A stretch of DNA of 64,000 bases from Candidatus Abzuiibacterium crystallinum (GCA_002787155.1 PCVY01000065.1:65286-129285), one strand, 5' to 3'; shown: positions 29,278-38,918, counted from the first letter of the stretch. Program-made: numbers and translations. Notes: generated by a model from the letters alone, not told the origin.

Positions 29278-30636
29278 TTATTCCGTGACTTCCCGAATCG
29301 ATTGATAAACAACTTTTAATAATTGATTTAATTCTTGGTGCGTGATGGAAAGTGGCGGCATTAAAACCACCACGTTGCCTAACGGACGAATAATCACGCC
29401 CTTCTCACGTGCCCGCATGGTGACTGCTGCCCCGGCACGCCGGTTCAATTCAAATGGCTTTTTGGTTCGGCGGTCTGCTACCAACTCAATGCCGGCCATC
29501 AAACCTTTTTGTCTAATATCACCCACATGCCGAAGGTTTTCGAACTGCTTCAGGCCTTGTGCCAACAGCTTGATTTTCAGCTGCAACTTCGACAGTGTTT
29601 TTTGTTTCTTGAAAACTGTTAAATTTGCAAGGGCGGCACGGCAAGCCAAAGGATTGGCTGTGAACGTGTGGCCGTGAAAGAAAGTTTTAAAACGCGTATA
29701 ATCACCTAGGAAGGCGTTGTAAATATTCTCTGTCGTGAGCGTTGCTGCCAGCGGTAAATACCCGCCGCTTAAACCTTTTGCCACACAAAAAATATCGGGC
29801 GTCACTCTTTCATGATCGCAGGCAAACCATTTTCCTGTCCGGCCGAAACCAGTTGCGACTTCGTCAAAGATCAAGAGCGTATTATACTTTTTCGTCAACT
29901 GTCTTGCACGTGAAATATAACCTTTTGGCTGATCAATCATGCCGGCAGCCCCTTGCATAAGGGGTTCCATCACCAAAGCAGCTGTCACATTTGCGTGACG
30001 CTTTAAAACAGCTTCCAGCCGAGCGGTGCAATAATCCAGATAATCTGCCTCTGAACCTTTAAAAGAATCCCGGTATCGATAAGGAGATGAGACAGGAATG
30101 GTGTTGAACAACAGAGGGCGATACATTTGGTGGAAAAGATCAATGCCGCCTACTGAGACAGAACCGAGCGTGTCGCCGTGGTAAGCATTGGTAAGACGGA
30201 TAAATTTTTTACGTTTCTTCCCGCCTCTATTCTGCCAATATTGAAAAGCGATTTTGAGTGCGATTTCAACGGCTTCCGATCCGGAATCGGAATAAAAAAC
30301 CCGCTTGAGACCTTTGGGGGCAATCCGAATCAGTTCTCTGGAAAGTTCAATGGCCGGTACGTTGGAAAGTCCTAAGAAAGTTGAGTGAGCAATTTGCCGC
30401 AATTGTTTCTCGACAGCACGGTCAATGTCTTTGACGCGGTGGCCATGTACGTTGCACCACAAAGATGACACACCGTCCAAGTAACGTTTACCGTCGGTAT
30501 CTTTTAAGTAGTTCCCGCTGCCCGACTCAATAATCAAAATATCTTCAGCCTCCCACTCCTGCTGCTGCGTAAAAGGATGCCAAATATATTCTTTGTCAAG
30601 CTTGGCCAATTGTTTGGTTTTATTTGATTGACGCAC
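29278..30636 (-). CDS. bioA: Adenosylmethionine-8-amino-7-oxononanoate aminotransferase
   Basis: 452-aa class-III PLP aminotransferase. It sits upstream of bioD in a bioA-bioD operon. Confidence 0.85.
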   Translation of the reverse strand: MRQSNKTKQLAKLDKEYIWHPFTQQQEWEAEDILIIESGSGNYLKDTDGKRYLDGVSSLWCNVHGHRVKDIDRAVEKQLRQIAHSTFLGLSNVPAIELSRELIRIAPKGLKRVFYSDSGSEAVEIALKIAFQYWQNRGGKKRKKFIRLTNAYHGDTLGSVSVGGIDLFHQMYRPLLFNTIPVSSPYRYRDSFKGSEADYLDYCTARLEAVLKRHANVTAALVMEPLMQGAAGMIDQPKGYISRARQLTKKYNTLLIFDEVATGFGRTGKWFACDHERVTPDIFCVAKGLSGGYLPLAATLTTENIYNAFLGDYTRFKTFFHGHTFTANPLACRAALANLTVFKKQKTLSKLQLKIKLLAQGLKQFENLRHVGDIRQKGLMAGIELVADRRTKKPFELNRRAGAAVTMRAREKGVIIRPLGNVVVLMPPLSITHQELNQLLKVVYQSIREVTE

Positions 30637-30669
30637 TTTGCCTCCAAAAGCCGTTATTATAATTGGATA

Positions 30670-30739
30670 GTCACAAAGTCACAAGGATGCAAGTGATGAC
30701 TTATGATATTGTAACGTTGTAACGTTATAACTTTGTGAC
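30670..30739. promoter_or_regulatory. Composite symmetric operator-like element upstream of bioA (candidate biotin-operon operator)
   Basis: Outer inverted repeat GTCACAAAG (30670-78) / CTTTGTGAC (30731-39), flanking a 22-bp near-palindrome TTGTAACGTTGTAACGTTATAA (18 of 22 self-complementary). It lies 34-103 nt upstream of the bioA start. Confidence 0.4.
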
Positions 30740-30766
30740 CCTATAATTTTAAACATAAAATTATGA

Positions 30767-31945
30767 TTGATTTGCCGTGCGCTTCCTTTTATATATAGAC
30801 GCATGAAAACAATCAAATCGTTTCCCCAAGCGGCGTTTCAGAAGAAGCTGCTCAAATGGTATCAAACCTCAAAGCGCCCACTGCCATGGCGGCAGAAGAA
30901 AAGTGCTTATGGAACCCTGGTCTCAGAAATCATGCTCCAGCAAACGCAAATCAAAACCGTGATTCCTTATTACGGGCGCTGGCTTAAAACTTTTCCGACC
31001 ATTCAAAAACTGGCAAAAGCACCGCTTAGGAAAGTGCTTAAATTATGGGAAGGCCTGGGTTATTACTCGCGCGCTCGCAATCTTCACCGAACGGCTCAAA
31101 CAATTGACCGCCGATTCCAAGGACAAATTCCATCCGATCCGGAAATCCTGATGATGCTCCCCGGCATCGGACGCTACACAGCCGGCGCCATCGCAAGCAT
31201 TGCCTATGATCAACCGGTGCCTTTGGTAGATGGGAATGTCGCACGCGTATTTTCACGCATTTTTTTAATCAAACAAGATATTTTGAAACCGGAAACGCAG
31301 AAACTGCTTTACACGTATGCTTCCTCACTGGTTTCTTCAAAACAAGCAGGCAATTTCAATCAAGCTTTGATGGAATTAGGTGCTTTAATCTGTACACCTG
31401 CATTACCGGAGTGCTCGCTCTGCCCGGTTCGTTCCCTCTGCTGCGCTTATCAAAACGGCGTGCAAGAAACACTTCCTGTTCGATCAAAAGGTCCTCAAAA
31501 AAAGAAGGTGTTTTTGCAAGCAGCACTTCTGACACACCAAAACAAAATATTAGTTCAGGAACGTCCGGCAAAAGGTATTTGGGGTGGTTTGTGGGAGTTG
31601 CCTAACAGGCGCGTGAATGGCGAGCATGAACCCAGAAAATTTAAACGTTATTTAGAAAAACAATATCGTGTTTCTTTGGCGCCGACTTTTAAACGTTTAT
31701 CTTTAATGAAACGTGAACTCACGCATTTGTCCGTTGTGATTGAACCTTTTCAATTTCTGGTTAAAAAAACTGCTTTAAAACAAAGCGAAAAGCTGCGTTG
31801 GATATTGAAGCCTCATTTAAAATCCATTTCTTGTCCGGTCCCTTATCAGCAAATCCTTCAAAATCATTTTGAATCTAAAGTCTTGGGGTCAGACCCTGAC
31901 CTGACCCCAAGCAAAGGGTCTGACCCCGCGCAACCAAATGGATAA
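30767..31945 (+). CDS. mutY: A/G-specific adenine DNA glycosylase MutY
   Basis: HhH-GPD fold, 4Fe-4S loop CTPALPECSLCPVRSLC and a NUDIX-like C-domain. The last ~20 codons run through two family A repeats (…GSDPDLTPSKGSDPAQPNG). Confidence 0.85.
   Translation: MICRALPFIYRRMKTIKSFPQAAFQKKLLKWYQTSKRPLPWRQKKSAYGTLVSEIMLQQTQIKTVIPYYGRWLKTFPTIQKLAKAPLRKVLKLWEGLGYYSRARNLHRTAQTIDRRFQGQIPSDPEILMMLPGIGRYTAGAIASIAYDQPVPLVDGNVARVFSRIFLIKQDILKPETQKLLYTYASSLVSSKQAGNFNQALMELGALICTPALPECSLCPVRSLCCAYQNGVQETLPVRSKGPQKKKVFLQAALLTHQNKILVQERPAKGIWGGLWELPNRRVNGEHEPRKFKRYLEKQYRVSLAPTFKRLSLMKRELTHLSVVIEPFQFLVKKTALKQSEKLRWILKPHLKSISCPVPYQQILQNHFESKVLGSDPDLTPSKGSDPAQPNG
31883..31928. repeat. Family A palindromic elements, copy 4 (a full hairpin plus a half-site)
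   Basis: CTTGGGGTCAGaccctgaCTGACCCCAAG hairpin, then GGGTCTGACCCCgcgc. Located inside the 3' end of mutY and overlapping the ygfZ-like start. Confidence 0.8.
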
Positions 31946-32924
31946 ATTACTCCTGGAACAATATGACAACACGGCCAAGCATGGCGCTATTTTTGATGTC
32001 TCCGCACGAGGGAAAATAGAACTGTCAGGCGAAGACGCAGTTTCTTTTCTGCATCGGATGATCACCAATGACATTGAGCATTTAGGTGCTGGCAGCGGCT
32101 GTTACGCTTGCTTTCTCACCAATCAAGCCAAAGTGATTGCCGACATGAATGTTTTTGTCTTAGAGAAAACCGTTTGGCTTGACGTTGAGCCGGGTTATCG
32201 AACCAAAGCCATCCAAGCCCTCGAAAAATTCGTTTTAATGGATAACGTTAAAATCGAAGACAAAACTGAAGCCTTTTCAAGCCGCTTACTATTTGGCCCC
32301 AAAGCACAGGTCTTTTTGCAGATGATGACCAAAACAACCGGTTATCCTGATCAGCCTTTTCGGCATCTTTGCTCTAAAATCAAAGACATGGGCTGCCATA
32401 TTATTTGCTTACCCGTGTTTGGCAGCCGCGGATGGCTTCTTGTTTTCCCGAAGGAAAGTTCTGATTCCTTTCATCAAATGCTCGCTCAGGCCGCCGCTTC
32501 ATTTGACATTCAACCGATGCCAGGCGAAATAGCTGAGATTTTGCGGGTGGAAAACGGAGTGCCCCGGTTTGGCGTTGATTTTGATGAAACCACGATCGTA
32601 ATGGAAGCTGGGATTGAGGATCGGGCAATCAGTTTTGATAAAGGCTGTTACCCCGGTCAGGAGTTGGTCGCACGGATGGACAGCCGGGTTAAGTTTGCCA
32701 AGAAATTAACCATGCTTGTTTTAAATGATGAGCAAATACCTCGCGCCAATGACCCGATTCAAAAAGAAGGCAAACACATCGGTAGAATCACCAGTGCTGT
32801 CTTTTCGCCCAAACTGATGAAACCTGTTGCACTTGGTTTTGTCATGCGGGATTATTTAATTAATGGTAACGAAGTGGAAATCATTTCTGACGGTAAGCCT
32901 TGCCGTGCCAAATTAAAAATCTAG
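31938..32924 (+). CDS. ygfZ: Folate-binding GcvT/YgfZ-family protein
   Basis: 328-aa aminomethyltransferase-fold protein (…ARGKIELSGEDAVSFLHRMITND…), matching tRNA-modifying YgfZ-like proteins. Confidence 0.7.
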   Translation: MDKLLLEQYDNTAKHGAIFDVSARGKIELSGEDAVSFLHRMITNDIEHLGAGSGCYACFLTNQAKVIADMNVFVLEKTVWLDVEPGYRTKAIQALEKFVLMDNVKIEDKTEAFSSRLLFGPKAQVFLQMMTKTTGYPDQPFRHLCSKIKDMGCHIICLPVFGSRGWLLVFPKESSDSFHQMLAQAAASFDIQPMPGEIAEILRVENGVPRFGVDFDETTIVMEAGIEDRAISFDKGCYPGQELVARMDSRVKFAKKLTMLVLNDEQIPRANDPIQKEGKHIGRITSAVFSPKLMKPVALGFVMRDYLINGNEVEIISDGKPCRAKLKI

Positions 32925-32944
32925 GGGTCAGACCCCGCGCCGCG
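32924..32944. repeat. Family A element, copy 5 (GGGGTCAGACCCC followed by GCGCCGCG)
   Basis: Palindromic GGGGTCaGACCCC between the convergent ygfZ-like and giant-protein stops. Like the copy-4 half-site, it shares the GACCCCGCGC extension. Confidence 0.7.
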
Positions 32945-32946
32945 AC

Positions 32947-35900
32947 TTAAGCCATTTCGGCAATCCGGCTCCATGATCGGATCTCCCGATCGAGAATATC
33001 AGCCAAACCGGCAATGCCTGATCTTAAATTTTTGATGGTGTTGTCTGAAAGTGTAATAATGCGATCGTAAAACTCGGACAACCGGGAATTGGCAAGTGTT
33101 GTTCTGGTCAATAGAGTGAGTCGCTTAGCACCACTCGCACGTAACTTGACGGCCAAAGCTTGAGGTGTTTTGGCAAAAACGATTTTTCGGTCTTCCGGAA
33201 GCATCGCATTGGCATTTTGAATCAATTCTAATTCGGAACCGGTCGTATAAACCACGCCTATCAATGTGCCGCTGTGTGCTGCTTCGGTTGCTAAAGCAAA
33301 AAGCCCGTCCCCAAAAGCAACGCTCCAGTCAAAAACAGTTGCTTGTGATTGGTCAAGCGTGGCACTGATGCCAAGTCGATCATAAAAATAAGATTTGGCA
33401 CTTGGATTTTGGTCAAACAAAGCATGAGCTTGTTCTACCGCGCGGGCAAATTGTGTTCTATCATTGGCGGATTCCGGCAATGCGATTCTTAACTCAGCTC
33501 GTTCATCAACATTCGATGCCGCGCGTGCTAGCTGGTGTGTAACGGTTGCAATGAGCCGGTCACCTTCATTTGGCGCATTTGTAATGGCTTTTGACACTGC
33601 TTGCACGAAACGCGCGGGCACTCTTCTCTCAATAAGGGCGGCCGCCCATTCGCCGATCGCAAACGCCCAAGCACGCCAATCATCGGCAGGAATGGTTGTC
33701 AAAGCATCAACCAATGTGCGCTTTCCGGCATCTTTCATGATTTCAGATTGAATGATTTGGAAAGTAATTTTGTCACCCACTGAAGCTGCTGCCGCTAATT
33801 GCAGCACCCACGCCCAAAGGCGGTTGGTAATATCGCCAGGCGTTTGGTTGGGAAGTTCTTTGGTGCGGATAATTCCAAACTCTTTCCATTCATTGTAATC
33901 GATAGAACCATCTTCGCTCATGGCATATAAAATAAGCAAATAACCAAACGCCCATATTTCAAATTCAGTTTTCGGCATATCCGCTCTCGCCATCACGTCT
34001 TCTATTTGATAAAGCCAAGGACCAAATAAGTTTTCTCGTAAAGGCGCCCGGCCTCTGGCTTGGAATTCGGCCAAAGCCATTCTGCCGATTAACCATCGCC
34101 GCCAACTTTGGAACGATTCTTCAGTCAGTCTTTCAATATCCTGTTTCATAAAATCTTTGATTTGAGAATAAATTCGGTTGCCATTCCCGGCAGCAACCAA
34201 TAAAGCAACGCTTGCGCTGTAAGCACGCAGTTTAATTTCCTCTTGCGTGTTACCCGGCATCGCTTTCATTGCTTCAAAAAACCGCCACACTTGCTTAGAC
34301 ACTTCTTTCTTATCGGTGTAATCGATCTCGCGCAGATTGATTACAAATTTTCCGCGCAGCTCAGAATGACCGGATCTTTTATTTCGTTTCATACGAAGCT
34401 TATATTGGAGATCGGTTTGAATACCGATGGATACATACAATCTGTTTAATTCTTCTTTTGCCTTTTTAATTCTTACTTCGTCTTGATCAACTTCGGCTTG
34501 TACACGTTCTTCCATTAACGCCAACCACATTTTAACGACAATTGGAATGCCTGCTAAATAGCGTTCTCCAGTATGGACGTCATGTTCTAAATCAAGAATG
34601 ATTTCTTCATCCGCATCATCAGTGATGCTATTAATAAAGGCGCCCATCCGGGCATCTTCGATTTGCCTATCAAGACTCAGGTTGGTACGAAGAATTAAAA
34701 CTTGAACAATATTAAATTCATCCAAAATAGATTCGGCTAAATTTTCCTTGCTTGCCATTGTTCTTAAAGTTGCTAGTTTGGGCAAGATGCGATTTCTGGA
34801 TGTTTCGATAAGCTGCATCAAAGAAATTTGAGATTGAATGCGTAATTCTGCATGGCCGGAAGAACTTTCTTTTGATTCCGCGAGTTTGATACTGATACCA
34901 ACAATGCGGCCGGCGCCTGCAAAATCTCCCAAAAGAAGGACGGTTGGTTCTTTGCTGCCATTTTCTTTGACAACCAAACTGGTTAGTTCTTCATCCTGAA
35001 AGGATACGAATGTGCCATAAATGACACGATTCGTCGTTTGTCCATGCGCACGATAAAGCAATCGGATTGAATCGCCCGGTTTGAGCGAGTTCGCCAATAA
35101 AAATTCGGCATTAAGCGTTTGTTCGATATTCAGTCGAATTTTCTGATTTGACCGTATTTCAAAACGACGCACCTCGCCATCTTGACTGACAAAAGTGATT
35201 AGCACTTCTAAACCGGTTACTTTGTTCCGGTAATGCATCGCAGAACCGGGATTAAAATATGTTTGGCGGCCAGGGTCGACCAATGTTTCATTTTTGCCGT
35301 GATTGATATAAATTACTTCTAAATTGCGGGGTCGTACGCCTCGGTAGGGTTTGGGGAACTGAAAAACATTTTTATTGGCTCTGTTCTGAACAACGCCTAT
35401 GGGTAACAAAAAGTCTTGGTTAAAATTAATGGTCATCCATCGGTACGGCAAGGCAATGGTGGTTGAAAATTTTAATTCTGTTTGTTCTTTTTCATCTGAT
35501 TTTGTTTCAATTTCATCTTCAGCAGGTTTTTGACGCAATTCTGAATGAGTCGAAGCTGAGACGATTTTAGCAAGCACAATACCTAAGGCCCGAATTTCAC
35601 CGGTACCCTCAAAATCCTCCAAGGGGAATACGGTTGGAACGAGCTTATCATTTTCTTGAACCACTAAGTGATTGACCGTATCACCGATTTCGTAACTCAC
35701 AAAATGACCTTTAACGGGCCGGCCTTTGTTTTCTCCGTGCAAACGATAGAAGAAGTGAATTTCATCTCCCGATTTTAATGAATCAGCAAGCATGAAATCA
35801 ATATGCCGTGCTCTTTTAAATGTCAGGCGAATTTTTTTGTTAGATTTTATTTCAAAACGCCGGCCGGTATCGTTTTTTGAAACATATTCGATTGAAACAA

Positions 35901-37128
35901 CTAATCCTGTTGTTTTGTTTTCAATTCGTGCAGACTTGCCAACATTCACATAAACTTGCTCACCTAAAGCAGCGGGAATTTCTTTTCCCTCTACATTAAC
36001 ATAGATTAATTGAAGATCGGACCCAGGTCGGCGGTTTTTGGGATAGTTAAACAGCGTGACGGCTGTTTTCTTTGACTGGACAATGCCAAACGGTAATGTA
36101 AACTCGTCGCCGAAATTCACGCCTACCCATTCATGCGGAATGGTAATAAAAGCCGAAAAAGGTAACTGTATTTGGTCTGCAATGATTTCTTTATCCTTTT
36201 CTATGAAACGTAATTCTTGACGACTTAAGAGTTTTTGTTCGGCTGATTTTGCAGCTTTATTCACATCCTGATCAAAGAGGCCAAAGACACTTATTGTTTT
36301 TATCCAATCCCGCAACTCTGAACGTTCAAAAGTAACTTCAAAATCACCCATCATGAGCCGCCCGTCTGTAGCGGCAAAGCGCAAGCGATTACCGTTAATA
36401 TGTTTGAGAAGAATCGAAACACCCGCTTTCGAATCAACGGGTTGCTGGCGGCCTTTTAAATCAGCCAATTTTGAATCTCTTGAAGTAGTTATAAACGCTT
36501 CTGCCGCGGAAATTAACCAAGCCAATGCTGCTTGATTATCATCACGATCAACATCCAATAAAGTATAAAGCTGCGGATGTGGATTAAAACTTCCGGGAAT
36601 AAGCGCAAGTTTAAAAGGATACCTTTTCCTGGGCGGTAGATTTTGAGGCGGCGCTGTTTCTAGCGGAAGAAGTTCTTTTAAGATATCAAGAACAGTTCTC
36701 GGAATTCTTCCTTCAGAATTAATGATACCGGCTTTTTTCCAAGCTTTCCCTGCTGTTTGTACCTCTGAATCTTGAGGGGTAAGTTTATTGTGTACAAGAC
36801 CTCTTAGAATGCTGCGCTCTTCTTGTGTCAGCCCCACGAGCATCTGGTTGACTTGATTTTTTAAAGTCTCGCCTTCTCTTAATTCTGCTCTTAATTCAGG
36901 TGCCGTTTGTAAACGTGAAAGCGCTTCCATTGACCCTGTTTGTTGCAACCACCCATTGTTAATGAGCGTTTGCTGTCTGGCATGCGAAAATTCTTCACGA
37001 ATGGTTTGTGTAACGGTAGTAGGAACGTCGGAATATGCGATTGTCTCCGTCCAGCTAAAAGCCGCTACGAGCACAATGGCAATGGTTTTAAGAAGAATTG
37101 GGTTTGACTTCGTTTTTAGAAAGGACAT
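32947..37128 (-). CDS. Giant secreted protein (1393 aa) with two tandem ~210-aa internal repeats, function unknown
   Basis: Sec-type signal peptide. Repeats at about aa 322-532 and aa 553-763 (nt ~35533-36165 and ~34840-35472) share LP(F/I)G(I/V)VQ…(I/V)Y(V/I)N…KTTGL/KVTGL…RRFEI(K/R)SN(K/Q)KIRL…SLK(S/P)GD…HG…V(K/I)YGTFVS… at about 35-40% identity. The long C-terminal half is predicted to be helical. Confidence 0.7.
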   Translation of the reverse strand: MSFLKTKSNPILLKTIAIVLVAAFSWTETIAYSDVPTTVTQTIREEFSHARQQTLINNGWLQQTGSMEALSRLQTAPELRAELREGETLKNQVNQMLVGLTQEERSILRGLVHNKLTPQDSEVQTAGKAWKKAGIINSEGRIPRTVLDILKELLPLETAPPQNLPPRKRYPFKLALIPGSFNPHPQLYTLLDVDRDDNQAALAWLISAAEAFITTSRDSKLADLKGRQQPVDSKAGVSILLKHINGNRLRFAATDGRLMMGDFEVTFERSELRDWIKTISVFGLFDQDVNKAAKSAEQKLLSRQELRFIEKDKEIIADQIQLPFSAFITIPHEWVGVNFGDEFTLPFGIVQSKKTAVTLFNYPKNRRPGSDLQLIYVNVEGKEIPAALGEQVYVNVGKSARIENKTTGLVVSIEYVSKNDTGRRFEIKSNKKIRLTFKRARHIDFMLADSLKSGDEIHFFYRLHGENKGRPVKGHFVSYEIGDTVNHLVVQENDKLVPTVFPLEDFEGTGEIRALGIVLAKIVSASTHSELRQKPAEDEIETKSDEKEQTELKFSTTIALPYRWMTINFNQDFLLPIGVVQNRANKNVFQFPKPYRGVRPRNLEVIYINHGKNETLVDPGRQTYFNPGSAMHYRNKVTGLEVLITFVSQDGEVRRFEIRSNQKIRLNIEQTLNAEFLLANSLKPGDSIRLLYRAHGQTTNRVIYGTFVSFQDEELTSLVVKENGSKEPTVLLLGDFAGAGRIVGISIKLAESKESSSGHAELRIQSQISLMQLIETSRNRILPKLATLRTMASKENLAESILDEFNIVQVLILRTNLSLDRQIEDARMGAFINSITDDADEEIILDLEHDVHTGERYLAGIPIVVKMWLALMEERVQAEVDQDEVRIKKAKEELNRLYVSIGIQTDLQYKLRMKRNKRSGHSELRGKFVINLREIDYTDKKEVSKQVWRFFEAMKAMPGNTQEEIKLRAYSASVALLVAAGNGNRIYSQIKDFMKQDIERLTEESFQSWRRWLIGRMALAEFQARGRAPLRENLFGPWLYQIEDVMARADMPKTEFEIWAFGYLLILYAMSEDGSIDYNEWKEFGIIRTKELPNQTPGDITNRLWAWVLQLAAAASVGDKITFQIIQSEIMKDAGKRTLVDALTTIPADDWRAWAFAIGEWAAALIERRVPARFVQAVSKAITNAPNEGDRLIATVTHQLARAASNVDERAELRIALPESANDRTQFARAVEQAHALFDQNPSAKSYFYDRLGISATLDQSQATVFDWSVAFGDGLFALATEAAHSGTLIGVVYTTGSELELIQNANAMLPEDRKIVFAKTPQALAVKLRASGAKRLTLLTRTTLANSRLSEFYDRIITLSDNTIKNLRSGIAGLADILDREIRSWSRIAEMA

Positions 37129-37227
37129 GCGTCAACCATTCAAAAGCTGAAATAACTGGATCAAGCTTAACTGCTATGCCTCCTATTGTCAATATAAAAT
37201 GTTATAAAAGAATAATAAATGGAATTA

Positions 37228-37249
37228 TATAGAACCATTTGGTTCTATA
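37228..37249. promoter_or_regulatory. Perfect 10-bp inverted repeat TATAGAACCA-tt-TGGTTCTATA upstream of the giant-protein gene
   Basis: Seen directly in sequence, about 100 nt upstream of the start at 37128 and 12 nt downstream of the preceding gene's stop. An AT-rich palindrome typical of dimeric HTH operator sites. Confidence 0.4.
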
Positions 37250-37260
37250 AAAAGGCTGAT

Positions 37261-38838
37261 TCAGTGGGAATATTTTCGCTTGAAGAGAACGCTCCGTCCA
37301 AACCGTTGATCCAAAACCCAACGACCGCCTCGGGAAATAGAATCGACGGTATTTCGATAATCATCCTCGCTTAATGGGTAAGTACTTGCAGCGGGATTAA
37401 GGAATAAATATTGCGCCTCATCGGCACACTCAGGAAAAATAGAGAAATCACCTTTGGGGATTAAATGAGGGAATAAAGATGATTGCACGCAGATAGCTTT
37501 CTCTCTTTTGAGAGAATTTGCATGCTCAGAAAGCAGGAATGATTCGGGTTGAGGCCAATAGATCCAGTAACGACCAATGCCGACAATCAGCAAAAGACAC
37601 GCCAGTAGAACAGTCAACCGGTCAAGCCCTTTATTCTTTAGAAACCGAAGCGCTTCAACGCATCCCACATAAGTAAGTGTGACTGGTATGAGACCATAAT
37701 GAATGCTTAAATGGCGGATGAGCGGAAATGATGAAACCGTATTTAAAAAAAGAGGTGGTAAAATATAAATGAGTGTCAAAGGACTCACCAAAGGAAGAAA
37801 TAAACATTTGACTCCAAAATTAAATAGCGTGCGGCCGGAAAGATTTTGAATAACGCTGATGGGATGACTGATAACCGTTGCCATCACTTCTGAAAAACCA
37901 TGCCCGAGATGCCCCCACGAACCTAAATAGGCATATCCGCCGCTCTTGCCTGCCAATCCATAGAAATAGGGAATTAAAACCCGAAAAGCGAGCCAACTAT
38001 ATACCATCCCCGCCATAACCAGCCAGAGGCCCTGACGCCGATTTTTGTGAGTCAAAATAAAATAAATACCGATCGGAATAAGATAAAGAGCATAATCTTC
38101 TTTCAGGGATAAAACAGCTAGGGTTGATAAGAATAATAAAATATTATTTTGACGATCAATACTGAGAAATAAGGCAAAGAAAAAAAACGGCGCAAAGAAA
38201 TCAGGGTGAAATTCATGCAAAAAAGCACCCCAGACATAACGATTGAGTAAAAAAGCTGCTCCCAAAATAAAAGCGACCGACCGATCACCAATCCGCGCTT
38301 CAGCTAACCGGCTCAAGATAACGGCGGTAGCTGCAAATGCGACGGCAGTTAGCAGAAACAGCGTTCCGACTCCGGCATGTATTTTGTAAAAGGGTGCTAA
38401 TAACGCCAAAAAGAAGATGAGATGATCTGAAAAATAAATCTGATGCTTAAAAGCATCCACAAAGCCATTGCCATTCGCTGCATTCCACAGAATGCTGTGA
38501 AAAAGACCGAGATCATGTGAATGGGTGTGAAACGAAAGATGCTGCCCCCATTTGGTTAAAAGCATCCAAATAAATGACGCCGCAATGATGATCCAAAAAA
38601 AGCCGCGGTGCCGGGCGAAGAATTGACCACGGGACATACCATAGATTAGGTAAGCAAGAATCGTTAAGCGCAGCCAAATCAGTGTTGCAGATGAAAACCT
38701 AAAAGCCGATTTGTGAATGAGCCGAGCATCAAAAAAGACGTAGCAGAAAAAAACAATCGAGCATAAAACAAGGAAAGTTTTCAGAATAAGCGGTAGAAAA
38801 TTTCTTTTTACCGTCAGTTGCATACGTGAAGATGACAA
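37261..38838 (-). CDS. Polytopic membrane protein, GT-C/DUF2079-like (putative membrane glycosyltransferase-like)
   Basis: 525 aa with 10 or more predicted TM helices, a His-rich loop (SFHTHSHDLGLFHSILWN) and a C-terminal soluble domain. The family assignment rests on general architecture only. Confidence 0.45.
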   Translation of the reverse strand: MSSSRMQLTVKRNFLPLILKTFLVLCSIVFFCYVFFDARLIHKSAFRFSSATLIWLRLTILAYLIYGMSRGQFFARHRGFFWIIIAASFIWMLLTKWGQHLSFHTHSHDLGLFHSILWNAANGNGFVDAFKHQIYFSDHLIFFLALLAPFYKIHAGVGTLFLLTAVAFAATAVILSRLAEARIGDRSVAFILGAAFLLNRYVWGAFLHEFHPDFFAPFFFFALFLSIDRQNNILLFLSTLAVLSLKEDYALYLIPIGIYFILTHKNRRQGLWLVMAGMVYSWLAFRVLIPYFYGLAGKSGGYAYLGSWGHLGHGFSEVMATVISHPISVIQNLSGRTLFNFGVKCLFLPLVSPLTLIYILPPLFLNTVSSFPLIRHLSIHYGLIPVTLTYVGCVEALRFLKNKGLDRLTVLLACLLLIVGIGRYWIYWPQPESFLLSEHANSLKREKAICVQSSLFPHLIPKGDFSIFPECADEAQYLFLNPAASTYPLSEDDYRNTVDSISRGGRWVLDQRFGRSVLFKRKYSH

Positions 38839-38918
38839 GCGGCCGGAAGTTGTTTTGTGAGCTGCATAAGGACTTTGCCTTCGAGTATTCGTCTAGTGCA
38901 CAGCGGCATATTCTGGTG

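Noticed and set aside
37129-37260. Considered the 10-bp palindrome at 37228-37249 as a rho-independent terminator for the upstream membrane-protein gene
   Set aside because: The stem is AT-rich (3 GC out of 10) and is not followed by a U-tract on the transcribed strand. An operator-like protein-binding site is more consistent.
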